A DNA stretch of 64,000 bases from Candidatus Latescibacterota bacterium (lineage in GTDB: Bacteria; Latescibacterota; UBA2968). Numbering within the stretch: position 1 is the stretch's first letter; each line of letters starts with the position of its first letter. Shown here one piece after another: positions 1 to 9,398 of the stretch. Below the pieces are notes generated by a model. The model did not search any database and had not been told where the DNA came from. It saw only the letters and a program-made list of their open reading frames with translations. The stretch is from assembly GCA_965207885.1 (NCBI GenBank), contig OZ242311.1, positions 3,264,001 to 3,328,000 on the forward strand. Reading direction: 5' to 3'. The position numbers and the translations under genes were made by a program.

Positions 1-165
1 TTCGGCGTGAACGGTAAATTCATGATCCGATTCCACTACATCCACGCGGGGATGCCAGCCCGTGCCGTGCCAGGTGTCCAGGTCGCCCCAGAACTTGCTC
101 ACCATGTTGTCGATTTCGCGCTGAATTGCGAAAGGCTCTCGGGGTTGCCAACGAATAAGTGCCAT
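1..165 (-). CDS. Hsp20/alpha-crystallin small heat-shock protein, N-terminal part (runs off window)
   Basis: Hand translation MALIRWQPREPFAIQREIDNMVSKFWGDLDTWHGTGWHPRVDVVESDHEFTVHAE; W-x-P-x-VDV-x-E is typical of Hsp20; AGGAGG RBS upstream; not in ORF track. Confidence 0.9.
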   Translation of the reverse strand, partial: MALIRWQPREPFAIQREIDNMVSKFWGDLDTWHGTGWHPRVDVVESDHEFTVHAE

Positions 166-221
166 CTTACTACCTCCTGTTATTTGGTTGTTGGTTGCTT
201 GTTCGTCTCGCCCTATTTCTA

Positions 222-238
222 TTGCAAGCCCCGTGCCA
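222..238 (-). promoter_or_regulatory. sigma54 (-24/-12) promoter of hsp20
   Basis: Minus strand reads TGGCACG-GGGC-TTGCAA, matching the TGGCACG-N4-TTGCW consensus; AT-rich tract 240-300 lies upstream. Confidence 0.85.
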
Positions 239-410
239 CAATTTTCAATTTTTTTAAAAAAACCCATAACATGTTGTAAATAAATACTTTAAATTTTTTT
301 GATGTTCTGCACCATCTCTCTGCCTGATGATATGGCATAGACAAGCACTCATTTTTGGCATATCATGTCAAATTGCCAGTGTTCAATTGTCAGGCCAAAG
401 TATTATTTTT

Positions 411-446
411 TAAAAAAAAAGCCCCTGAACCGAGGGGTACAGGGGC
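411..446 (-). terminator. Intrinsic terminator-like hairpin
   Basis: GCCCCTG...CAGGGGC stem followed by a long U run on the minus strand. Confidence 0.55.
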
Positions 447-522
447 GAAAAAATAGAAAGCGTGACTGGTCATTTGCCAAAAAGCGTGACCATCAGCCCG
501 ATAAAATTCACGAGAAAAAACA

Positions 523-3057
523 ATGCGATCAACTATCACCTTCACAATTGTATTTCTATGGGCCTGTGCTTGTTCTGCCAGTGATCCGGTACAAACACTG
601 ACCTATTGCGACAATCTTTCTGGATGGTCCAGTGGTGTACAATTATCTAAAGACGCGCCAGAGGGTCGCTTTGCCGTCGCGGCTTCTCTGCCTGCAGGAC
701 AGACGGGATTTTTTACCTACAATTTTTTCAGCACAGGCCAGGACATCTCCCAAAGACACAGCTTGAGCTTCTGGTGGAAAGTGGAAGGCAATGGCCTGAG
801 AGACCTTAAAATCAAAGTTCGCAACTATCCCCTGGTCGGTGGCATGGAAGCCGTATATACGATTTGGGAAGGGCAAACACCGCCTCAGGGCTGGCAACTT
901 GCCGTTGTAGAACTGGCAAAACCCCAATACGATAACTGGGGAAGAGAACCCGATTACAACCAGCGATATATCGTATTTAGAACCGAAACTAGTCAAATTT
1001 CAAACGCGCGCCTGTTCATTGACCATATTGCAACCGTCAATCAGACCTTTTCATGGCAAGTTGACGCGCCAGTACAGGAAAAAGGCTCCATTGACCATCT
1101 CGATTTTGATGGCAATGGAGCCGTTGGTTTTACTGATTTTCTACTCTTCGCCCAAAAATTCGGTGCAACACAGACCGATGCGGGATATGACCCCCTCTAC
1201 GACCTCGATTCTGACGGACAAATCGGTTTTGGCGATTTTCTCACTTTCGCCGCTGGGTTCGGCTCTGATGGCACACAGTGGTACATACCCATCACATTTG
1301 AGAACCACACCACACAACCCCTGGGCATCGCGGTGGGAACCGAAACGCAGACCCTGTTGACCCAGACCATTCAGACGGGAACAACCCTGATCCGCGTGCC
1401 AATTCCTCGGGATATTATCGCCTCACGCGACCCCACCGATACACATCCTATCCCAATTTGGGCGCAAGTTGCAGATTTTATCCAGACGCGGAGCAATTGG
1501 ATATCCTACCTCCCCCAGCGTGTTCCCGCACGCACCTGGACACAGTTTGTAGCGGCCAAAGAGAATGGCACAGAACCCATTTTGCCCGATTTTTCCTACG
1601 CGGGCTATCACTACTTTGACAAACCCGTTCCAGATATCCAGGGCGACGTATTCGACGTCACAGCTTATGGTGCTATCCCCAACGATGGCCTTTCAGACCA
1701 GGGAGCCATCGTGCGCGCCATTGCCGCAGCCGAGCAAAACAACGGCGGCATTGTCTTCTTTCCCCCAGGCGAATTTCTGGTGAACACCAATGCCGACAAC
1801 AACCAGTCCATCTACATCCGCAACAGCAATATCGTCCTCAGAGGAAGCGGTAGCCGGAGCGGAGGTACAATCATCCGGCAAGTGAACTACATGCCGCCAC
1901 TCAATCCCGAACAACTGTGGACATCGCCCTATATGTTCATTTTCCAACCCCGCAACACCAGCGATAGATCCCTGACCTCTATTACGGAAAGTGCCGATCG
2001 AGAAACCTTCTATATCACAGTAGCAGACGCTTCCAGACTCGTTCCTGGTCAATGGATAACGCTATATATGAACAGCACTGCAGCCATCGCAGAATTTCTC
2101 GCGCCCCACTCGGTAGAATCCATCTGGACGACCATGTTGACCAATGGGATTCAGGTGCGAGAAAAGCACAGCATTGCCGAAATACAGGGCAATCGGATTC
2201 GCCTCAATGAACCTCTGCACACCGATGTCAACCACACGTATAACTGGACCGTGCGCGAATATCAGCACCTTGAGGAAGTCGGCGTCGAAGACATTAGTTT
2301 TCACGGCTCGTGGTTAGATGATTTTGTCCACCACAAAGACGCCATTCACGATGGTGGCTGGAGTTTGCTCCGACTCACCCGATGCGTCAATTCCTGGATA
2401 CGGCGCACGTCATTTATCAACTGCAATCGCGCCCTTCACATCGGTTCGAGTTCTGCCATATCCGTGTACCACGTCACACAGGGCGGAAATCTGGGCCATT
2501 CATCTATTGCCAGCAATGGTGGTTATGGCGTATGGATCGGGCTTTCGGAAGACCTCGCAGGTCACTGGCACGGACCGGGCACGAGCAGTCGCTCTGCCGG
2601 AACCGTGTACTGGCGATATGACATGCGCCCAAATCAACGCATCGATGCCCACGGTGCCCAACCCTATGCCAACCTGCTCGACCGCGTCAATGGCGGTATC
2701 CTGTATGGCAGCGGCGCGTCTCTCGCCAATTATCCCAATCACCTCAAACATTATGTGCTCTGGAATTTCAAACATCGAGGCATTCTGAGACACTACGACT
2801 TTTGGCGACCAGGCGACGCGCGCGACCGTTTCGTGCAACCCATTATCGTCGGCTTACACGGTGATCCCGCCACGTTTAATGAAAGCACCCTCCAGGTAAT
2901 CGAATCCAACGGCAGCCCTGTTGAACCAGAATCGCTCTTCGAAGCCCAGCTCGAATCGCGCCTCCAAACCCTACCCCCCTGGCTCAACGACCTCCGCGCA
3001 GAATGGGAAACGTTTCGCAACACCCCGCTTCCAAATTTCCCAGTACCGAATTTTTAA
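523..3057 (+). CDS. Secreted modular protein: CBM-like domain, dockerin/EF-hand-like repeat pair, pectate-lyase-like beta-helix (DUF4955-type)
   Basis: Signal peptide; DFDGNGAVGFTDF and DLDSDGQIGFGDF repeats; LPDFSYAGY, FDVTAYGAIPNDG and IVFFPPGEF motifs. Confidence 0.75.
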   Translation: MRSTITFTIVFLWACACSASDPVQTLTYCDNLSGWSSGVQLSKDAPEGRFAVAASLPAGQTGFFTYNFFSTGQDISQRHSLSFWWKVEGNGLRDLKIKVRNYPLVGGMEAVYTIWEGQTPPQGWQLAVVELAKPQYDNWGREPDYNQRYIVFRTETSQISNARLFIDHIATVNQTFSWQVDAPVQEKGSIDHLDFDGNGAVGFTDFLLFAQKFGATQTDAGYDPLYDLDSDGQIGFGDFLTFAAGFGSDGTQWYIPITFENHTTQPLGIAVGTETQTLLTQTIQTGTTLIRVPIPRDIIASRDPTDTHPIPIWAQVADFIQTRSNWISYLPQRVPARTWTQFVAAKENGTEPILPDFSYAGYHYFDKPVPDIQGDVFDVTAYGAIPNDGLSDQGAIVRAIAAAEQNNGGIVFFPPGEFLVNTNADNNQSIYIRNSNIVLRGSGSRSGGTIIRQVNYMPPLNPEQLWTSPYMFIFQPRNTSDRSLTSITESADRETFYITVADASRLVPGQWITLYMNSTAAIAEFLAPHSVESIWTTMLTNGIQVREKHSIAEIQGNRIRLNEPLHTDVNHTYNWTVREYQHLEEVGVEDISFHGSWLDDFVHHKDAIHDGGWSLLRLTRCVNSWIRRTSFINCNRALHIGSSSAISVYHVTQGGNLGHSSIASNGGYGVWIGLSEDLAGHWHGPGTSSRSAGTVYWRYDMRPNQRIDAHGAQPYANLLDRVNGGILYGSGASLANYPNHLKHYVLWNFKHRGILRHYDFWRPGDARDRFVQPIIVGLHGDPATFNESTLQVIESNGSPVEPESLFEAQLESRLQTLPPWLNDLRAEWETFRNTPLPNFPVPNF

Positions 3058-3971
3058 GCGCCTTCCTTCCTGAAATATCCCCTCTGCCGCATCAACAGGC
3101 GATAGAGATTGGGATGCTTCTCAAATGCCTCGCGTCCGTGCAGCCAGAAATGGTTGTTTAGCACCACGAGATGATCGGGCGGCAAGGGCACCGAAACCAC
3201 CCCCTGTGACGCTTCCATCGAATCGGAGAGATCGCGCAAATATCGACCCTGTTCAATAGTTTCGGGATAGACAAACTGATCGATAAAACACACACACGCT
3301 TTGCCGTCTTGCTCGTAGAACGTCGTTTTTTCAACCACAACGGGATAATTCTTACTCGGCGGCGACTGATAGGTCAGGGGAAAAGAGGCCAGCTGATGGC
3401 TGGCAAAGTACTCTAACGCCTCCCAATCATCCAGATGCAACAGCCGCGACTCCCCTCCCACCGCATCGTGTTCTGCCATCTTCATCATCAAAATCCAGTC
3501 TGTGCGCTCGCGGACATACGTCCCATCGGTATGGAGCGTGAACAGACGATATGCCTGACGCAAATACGAATCGCTACTATCCGTATCCTTCACCTCAAAA
3601 CAGGCATAGTAATTCCCCGTCATATCGTCAAAATTGGGAATCCCGATCGCATGCGAAACAGCCGTCCCAAAAGCAACGCGCTGATCCATCGTCTCAAACC
3701 CACCTTCAGCCGCAACGGTGCCCCCCCCTGTTGCGCGGTCTCTAACGATCGCATTGATATGCTCGAAAAAATCGCCACCGACGATATTTTGAAGACAATC
3801 GGCGGCGATCATTCTCAAATATGGCACATAAGTCAATCGCTGTTCCGAAAGATCTGCCACTTCGCGCACAAATGCTGCTGCGGCATCGGCATCAATCGTA
3901 ATATGGTGCAGCCGGTGATGGTCGGGATGTTGTTTAACCGTGTAGTTCAAAACCAGCCCCTCATGTTCCAA
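3054..3971 (-). CDS. glaH: Glutarate 2-hydroxylase (CsiD/GlaH), Fe(II)/2-oxoglutarate dioxygenase
   Basis: LHTDGTYV, LLHLDDWE, PPSKN, IDQFV, NNHFWLHGR and LMRQRGYF closely follow CsiD motifs. Confidence 0.88.
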   Translation of the reverse strand: MEHEGLVLNYTVKQHPDHHRLHHITIDADAAAAFVREVADLSEQRLTYVPYLRMIAADCLQNIVGGDFFEHINAIVRDRATGGGTVAAEGGFETMDQRVAFGTAVSHAIGIPNFDDMTGNYYACFEVKDTDSSDSYLRQAYRLFTLHTDGTYVRERTDWILMMKMAEHDAVGGESRLLHLDDWEALEYFASHQLASFPLTYQSPPSKNYPVVVEKTTFYEQDGKACVCFIDQFVYPETIEQGRYLRDLSDSMEASQGVVSVPLPPDHLVVLNNHFWLHGREAFEKHPNLYRLLMRQRGYFRKEGA

Positions 3972-5367
3972 GATTATACTTATTCATAAACGTCCGCATT
4001 GCCCGTGCCGGATGTCTCTGTTTATACGCACTAAAAACATCGGGGAAATCGCCAATCACGGCATGTGCCCGTTCCAATGCCTGTGCAACGACCTCGCGAG
4101 GTGGATCGCTCAAAGGACTTTTCTCCTCGGCATCCACACTCAAATCGTAAACCGTCGCCTCAGGCGACCTTGTCCCCACATCCATGTGTACGCTATAGCG
4201 ATCATCCCGCACATTAAAGTTCGTTGCCCAACCCGTTGTGATGTAGTCCCGAGCAGGTTCACTCGCACCCGTCACACTTGCCCAGGCATCTGCTCCATCC
4301 ATCTCTTCGTACTCAACGCCCAGCATATTGAGAATCGTCGGCGTAATATCCTGATTCTGCGTCCAGATATCCGTTTGCTGTCCGCGCGGCCCACCCGGAT
4401 GGCGAACAATCCAATTGATCTGCGTATTAAATGGAAACAGCGCATTACCGCCCTTGCCGAATCGTCCCCTATCCATCAGTTGCGTACCGTGATCGGATAT
4501 GAACATCACCACTGTATCATCCCTCAGATTCAATCGGTCAATCGTTTCCAGCAAATGCCCAATCCAGCGATCTACAAATGTGACATAGCCCATATACAAT
4601 GCTTTTGTGCGCTCAATTTCCGCATCGGTCGCATCGCCAATGGACAGGACGCTATGATGGATATAATCCTTCACCGAGGGATCTGAAAAATAAGCATCGG
4701 CATACTGCCTTGGCGGATCCCATAACTCGTGTGGACTAAAACTATCAATCCACAGGAAAAATGGCTTGTTACCCCGATTGTCCTCTACCCATTGCGATGC
4801 CTCGCGGAACACTTGAGCAGCGAGATAATTCTCTTCGCCCTCCTGCCGATCCAGCATATTGAGCAAATACTGAACAATCACCGCATGTTTCCTGGGATCT
4901 GCATCCCCATCCCGTACATGCGCTGCCAGATCGATGCGCGACAGCGGTCCCGACCGATATCCATCTTGTTCCTGCCCGCGAACAAAGCGCCACGACAAAA
5001 AACCCCGCGTGAAATTCTGCGTCGGCTTAAACATGTGATAGGTATCCGCGACCAGGCCCGTAACAAAACCCGCATCGTGCAGGCGTTCCGCAAGCGTATC
5101 CTGATCTGGCGGAATAGGATGCCAGCCAGAGCCTGCTGGCTGAAGCCCTTCATTTGGTGTATCGAACCGCCAGGGGAAAGACGGGATACCCGTAAACACA
5201 CACCGACGAAAAGGAATCGTCGGCAATCCCTCTGCAAAACAGCGATTAAAGACCAGGCCCTCAGAAGCCAACTGATCCAAATGAGGCGTTCTCACATGGC
5301 TCAACTTTTTGCCCGCTCCAACAATATCTGCTCGAAACGTATCGCAGCAAATCACGACCATATTCAT
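3961..5367 (-). CDS. Sulfatase-like hydrolase (alkaline phosphatase superfamily)
   Basis: DTFRAD, TPHLD, PHELWDPP, SDHG motifs; active-site motif is TIPFR instead of (C/S)xPxR. Confidence 0.85.
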   Translation of the reverse strand: MNMVVICCDTFRADIVGAGKKLSHVRTPHLDQLASEGLVFNRCFAEGLPTIPFRRCVFTGIPSFPWRFDTPNEGLQPAGSGWHPIPPDQDTLAERLHDAGFVTGLVADTYHMFKPTQNFTRGFLSWRFVRGQEQDGYRSGPLSRIDLAAHVRDGDADPRKHAVIVQYLLNMLDRQEGEENYLAAQVFREASQWVEDNRGNKPFFLWIDSFSPHELWDPPRQYADAYFSDPSVKDYIHHSVLSIGDATDAEIERTKALYMGYVTFVDRWIGHLLETIDRLNLRDDTVVMFISDHGTQLMDRGRFGKGGNALFPFNTQINWIVRHPGGPRGQQTDIWTQNQDITPTILNMLGVEYEEMDGADAWASVTGASEPARDYITTGWATNFNVRDDRYSVHMDVGTRSPEATVYDLSVDAEEKSPLSDPPREVVAQALERAHAVIGDFPDVFSAYKQRHPARAMRTFMNKYNLGT

Positions 5368-5418
5368 AAAATTCTCCTTTTGTGATTCCTGTATTGATCT
5401 GACCTATCCTATCCCATT

Positions 5419-5447
5419 ATGATAATCTGCGAGTGCCAGCCTGTCAA
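5419..5447 (-). promoter_or_regulatory. sigma70-type promoter for sulfatase-glaH
   Basis: TTGACA-17 nt-TATCAT on minus strand. Confidence 0.6.
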
Positions 5448-5511
5448 TATCAGCGGCATATTTCATTTTCAGGTTGACAAAAAATATAGAATATGTGAGA
5501 TTTCTCTCCAC

Positions 5512-5686
5512 CAAGAGTAGAGGCGCGTCCCGTCATCAGTAATCTGGCACCAGAAAGCGGATCTGTAGGCCAGATGAAAGGGTCGGGATGCCGAAGCCAA
5601 ATATTCCACCGCAGGGCATTTGGCTGGGTCAGCAGATAATATCTGCTGAACTGTCACGGGAAATAATCCCGTGGGGCGCTCTCTTG
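5512..5686 (+). ncRNA. Lysine riboswitch (L-box) aptamer
   Basis: P1 CAAGAG/CUCUUG; AGAGGCGC...AGUA...GAAAGG...GCCGAA...CUGGG...ACUGUC...GGGGCGCU core; upstream of asd; TTGACA at 5474. Confidence 0.92.
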
Positions 5687-5707
5687 TAGGCTGCTCCTGC
5701 TATAATG

Positions 5708-5752
5708 CAGTCGGCGTGCTTCTACTCTGGCAACCGACTGTTTTTTATTTTT
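5708..5752 (+). terminator. Riboswitch-controlled intrinsic terminator
   Basis: CAGUCGG/CCGACUG stem plus U tract between aptamer and asd RBS. Confidence 0.85.
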
Positions 5753-5774
5753 AGATCCGCAGAAAGGAAAACCG

Positions 5775-6851
5775 ATGTCCAGGCTCAAAGTAGGAGTTCT
5801 CGGCGCAACCGGCATGGTCGGACAGCGCTTTGTCACATTGCTCGCCGATCATCCCTGGTATGAAGTCACCGCCGTTGCCGCCAGCCCGCGCTCTGCAGGG
5901 AAAACCTATCGAGAAGCTGTGAAAGGCCGATGGACGCAATGCGATATTGCCATTCCCAGAACAGTATCCGACCTCGTCGTGCAGGACGTGCGCGAAATTG
6001 ACGCAATCGCATCACAAGTCGATTTCGTCTGTTGCGCGCTCGACATGGAAAAAGAAGAGATTTACAAGCTCGAAGAAGCTTATGCAAAAGCCGAAATGCC
6101 GGTGATCTCCAATAATTCGGCGCACCGCTGGACCCCCGACGTGCCCATTCTTATGCCAGAAATCAATCCAGAGCACGCCGAAATCATTCCGGAGCAGCGC
6201 AAACGCTTGGGTGCCCAACGCGGTTTTATTGCCGTAAAACCCAATTGCTCCATTCAGCCTTATGTACCGGCTTTTCACGCATTATCAGAATTTGGGCCTT
6301 CAAGTGCCTCTATATGCACTTATCAGGCCATTTCCGGTGCGGGTAAAACCTTTGAAACATGGCCAGAAATGATAGACAATATCATCCCCTATATCGGCGG
6401 TGAAGAAGACAAAAGCGAAAACGAGCCCCACAAAATCTGGGGCAAAATCGTCAAAGATGAAATTGTGCCCAGCCGCAGTCCGATCATTTCAGCCCAATGC
6501 GTTCGGGTTCCCGTCACAGATGGACACATGGCAGCCGTATCTGTATCCTTTGACAAAAAACCCACGGCAGAGGACATCCTTTCCCGCTGGCAAGACTTCG
6601 AAGGAGACCGCAGAGCTACAGGACTGCCCTCCTCGCCCAAAACATTTCTCGCGTACATCGAAGGGGATGACCGCCCGCAGACGCGCTTAGACCGCGATGC
6701 GGAAAATGGCATGGGCATTACACTCGGTCGCCTCCGCGAAGACAATCTCTTCGATTACAAATTTATCGCCCTCAGTCACAATACTGTACGCGGTGCAGCA
6801 GGCGGTGCTGTCCTGATGGCCGAACTCTTGACCCAGGAGGGATATATCTAA
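5775..6851 (+). CDS. asd: Aspartate-semialdehyde dehydrogenase
   Basis: GATGMVGQ, KPNCS (catalytic Cys), YQAISGAG, HNTVRGAAG. Confidence 0.97.
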   Translation: MSRLKVGVLGATGMVGQRFVTLLADHPWYEVTAVAASPRSAGKTYREAVKGRWTQCDIAIPRTVSDLVVQDVREIDAIASQVDFVCCALDMEKEEIYKLEEAYAKAEMPVISNNSAHRWTPDVPILMPEINPEHAEIIPEQRKRLGAQRGFIAVKPNCSIQPYVPAFHALSEFGPSSASICTYQAISGAGKTFETWPEMIDNIIPYIGGEEDKSENEPHKIWGKIVKDEIVPSRSPIISAQCVRVPVTDGHMAAVSVSFDKKPTAEDILSRWQDFEGDRRATGLPSSPKTFLAYIEGDDRPQTRLDRDAENGMGITLGRLREDNLFDYKFIALSHNTVRGAAGGAVLMAELLTQEGYI

Positions 6852-6853
6852 AA

Positions 6854-7822
6854 CTACGTCACCGCGTTTTGTGTTCGTCCCTCCAAAAATGCGATTACAT
6901 TCTCCACTGCGCCGCTATTGAGCAGATCGACACCTTCTGGCGTCATATCTGCACAATGCGGCGTAAGCACCACATGTTCACACGCAAAAAGGGGATAATC
7001 GGGTGGTGTCGGTTCTTCCTCGTACACATCGATACCTGCTCCGCCGATATGCTCACTGTTTAACGCATTGACAAGAGCGTCCGTATCAACCACTGCGCCG
7101 CGCGCTCCATTTAGCAATAATGCACCTGCTTTCATCTTTTCCAACTCGGCCTCGCCGATCATCCCTCTGGTATCATCTGTTAACGCCACGTGCAGACTGA
7201 CTACGTCAGAAGTTTCGAGCAGTGTATCTAACTCGACAAAACGCACGCCGAGTTTTTCCGCCCGTTCAGATGACGGATGAAATGTCCACGCAATCACCTC
7301 CATCCCAATCGCTCGGGCAAGTCGCGCCATCTCTGCGCCAATATTGCCTGCGCCAATAATCCCCAGGGTTTTGCCTTGAAGCATCACATTATCCCGCCGG
7401 GGCCAGCCTCCCTTTTTCATTTCTGCGGTCAAATATGCAGCGCGTTTTGCAACCGCAAACATCAGCCCAAACATGTGCTCTGCCACAACCGGTGCAGTTC
7501 TTCCCGGCTGGTTGCATATCACAATCCCACGCTTTTTTGCAGCCTCCAGATCGAACATATCTGTGCCAATAGAACACGTCGTAATCATTTTCAACTTTGG
7601 CAATTGACCAAACTCTTGCTCGCCCCACGTCACAGCACCGCGCGTGTTCATAATCACATCGGCGTCCCTTACCCGTTCGACCTTTTCTTTGTCTGACATG
7701 GGTCGCGTATCGTAAAGCGTCACATCGCCATAACCTGCCAATAGTTCGAGATGGGGTGATCCCGCAATCTGTACCGGCTCATCGCCAGGCACCACAATCT
7801 GTACATAATCCTCCACTGCCAT
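6854..7822 (-). CDS. D-2-hydroxyacid dehydrogenase family protein
   Basis: GIIGAGNIG, SLHVAL, NGARG, DVYEEEP, LTPH; start moved to ATG 7822 after AGGAG. Confidence 0.9.
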   Translation of the reverse strand: MAVEDYVQIVVPGDEPVQIAGSPHLELLAGYGDVTLYDTRPMSDKEKVERVRDADVIMNTRGAVTWGEQEFGQLPKLKMITTCSIGTDMFDLEAAKKRGIVICNQPGRTAPVVAEHMFGLMFAVAKRAAYLTAEMKKGGWPRRDNVMLQGKTLGIIGAGNIGAEMARLARAIGMEVIAWTFHPSSERAEKLGVRFVELDTLLETSDVVSLHVALTDDTRGMIGEAELEKMKAGALLLNGARGAVVDTDALVNALNSEHIGGAGIDVYEEEPTPPDYPLFACEHVVLTPHCADMTPEGVDLLNSGAVENVIAFLEGRTQNAVT

Positions 7823-7921
7823 AGTGACTCCTTTCAGAAACATTGCTTCCCAAAACATCCTTTGGTATATTCATAGCTTTCTAAGGCATATAATGCAAAC
7901 CATTTCGCCCAAGGAGTGCCA

Positions 7922-9394
7922 ATGCCTCTGGCAAAATACCAGCGCATCGGACATCACAAAACCGTCGAATCATTCAAAGCACATATCAACAGCCTGGGGA
8001 TTGACCTTCCCTGCGATGACGAAATTCTCAAAGCACCAGAATCTCCACTTGCCCAAACAAGCGAGTGTCAGGACTTTCGCATTGGCAATCGCTTTTGCAT
8101 CCACCCCATGGAGGGCTGGGACGGCGAAATTGATGGCAATCCCTCGGAATATACCCTCCGGAGATGGCATAACTTTGGCCTTAGTGGTGCAAAATTAATA
8201 TGGGGCGGCGAAGCCGTTGCCGTGCGCCATGAAGGACGCGCAAACCCCAATCAACTCTTTGCAGCCGAACATACCAAAGCCGGCCTGGGCAAACTCCGAG
8301 AAGAACTCCTATCGGCACACCGGAAATGCATCGGCAGCACCGATGACCTGCTCATCGGACTTCAACTGACCCACTCGGGTCGTTTTTGCAGACCCAATGA
8401 CAAAATCAAACTCGAACCCCGCATTGTGTATCGCCATCCGATTCTCGACCGCAAATTTGGCATTGACTCGGACGACCCCTTGCTCTCCGATAGCGAAATC
8501 AAAAGCCTGATTGACGACTATCTCAGTGCCGCACGTATGGCGTATGACCTCGGATATCAGTTTGTCGATGTCAAACACTGCCACGGTTATATCGGTCACG
8601 AATTTTTAAGTGCCTTTACCCGACCGGGACCTTATGGGGGCTCATTTGAAAACCGAACCCGATTCCTTCGCGAAATCGTCGCGGGCATTCGCACAGATTG
8701 CCCTGGTCTCAAAATAGGTGTGCGCCTCAGCGCATTCGATTTTGTGCCTTTTTATCCCGACCCCGAACAATCCGAAGGCAAAAAACTCGGACCCGGCATT
8801 CCCGAAGATTTTTCCGAATACCTACCCTATAAATACGGATTTGGTATCGATGAAGACAATCCCATCGCCGCAAATATTGCCGAAACCTGTCGCTTCCTCG
8901 ACTTGCTGCGCGAACTCGATATAGTGCTTGTCAATCTCTCAGCAGGCAGTCCTTACTACAACCCCCACATTCAGCGGCCTGCTTATTTCCCCCCCTCTGA
9001 TGGTTATCAACCCCCTGAAGACCCACTCGTGGGCGTTGCCCGTCAAGTTGGCATTACCGCACAAATTAAAAAACAATTTTCTGATTTGCTCATCGTCGGT
9101 ACGGCTTATTCCTATCTCCAGGAATTTCTGCCCCATGTTGCCCAAACGCTCGTGCGCGATGGCAAGGTAGATTTTATCGGTCTGGGGCGCATGGTGCTGT
9201 CTTATCCCGATTTGCCCGTAGATGTACTCCAAAATGGCGAAACTTCCAAACGCAAACTTTGTCGAACCTTTAGCGACTGTACCACAGCCCCCCGAAATGG
9301 CATGATATCGGGATGCTTTCCACTGGATACCTACTATAAAAAATCCCCCGAAGGCATTGCCCTCAGGGAACTCAAAAAATCGATTCAATTGTGA
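7922..9394 (+). CDS. NADH:flavin oxidoreductase (Old Yellow Enzyme family)
   Basis: [34 protein letters not shown]. Confidence 0.9.
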   Translation: MPLAKYQRIGHHKTVESFKAHINSLGIDLPCDDEILKAPESPLAQTSECQDFRIGNRFCIHPMEGWDGEIDGNPSEYTLRRWHNFGLSGAKLIWGGEAVAVRHEGRANPNQLFAAEHTKAGLGKLREELLSAHRKCIGSTDDLLIGLQLTHSGRFCRPNDKIKLEPRIVYRHPILDRKFGIDSDDPLLSDSEIKSLIDDYLSAARMAYDLGYQFVDVKHCHGYIGHEFLSAFTRPGPYGGSFENRTRFLREIVAGIRTDCPGLKIGVRLSAFDFVPFYPDPEQSEGKKLGPGIPEDFSEYLPYKYGFGIDEDNPIAANIAETCRFLDLLRELDIVLVNLSAGSPYYNPHIQRPAYFPPSDGYQPPEDPLVGVARQVGITAQIKKQFSDLLIVGTAYSYLQEFLPHVAQTLVRDGKVDFIGLGRMVLSYPDLPVDVLQNGETSKRKLCRTFSDCTTAPRNGMISGCFPLDTYYKKSPEGIALRELKKSIQL

Positions 9395-9398
9395 CACT

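Noticed and set aside
7-601. ORF-track entries 7..279 and 365..601
   Set aside because: The first is antisense to hsp20; the second overlaps regulatory DNA and the true start at 523
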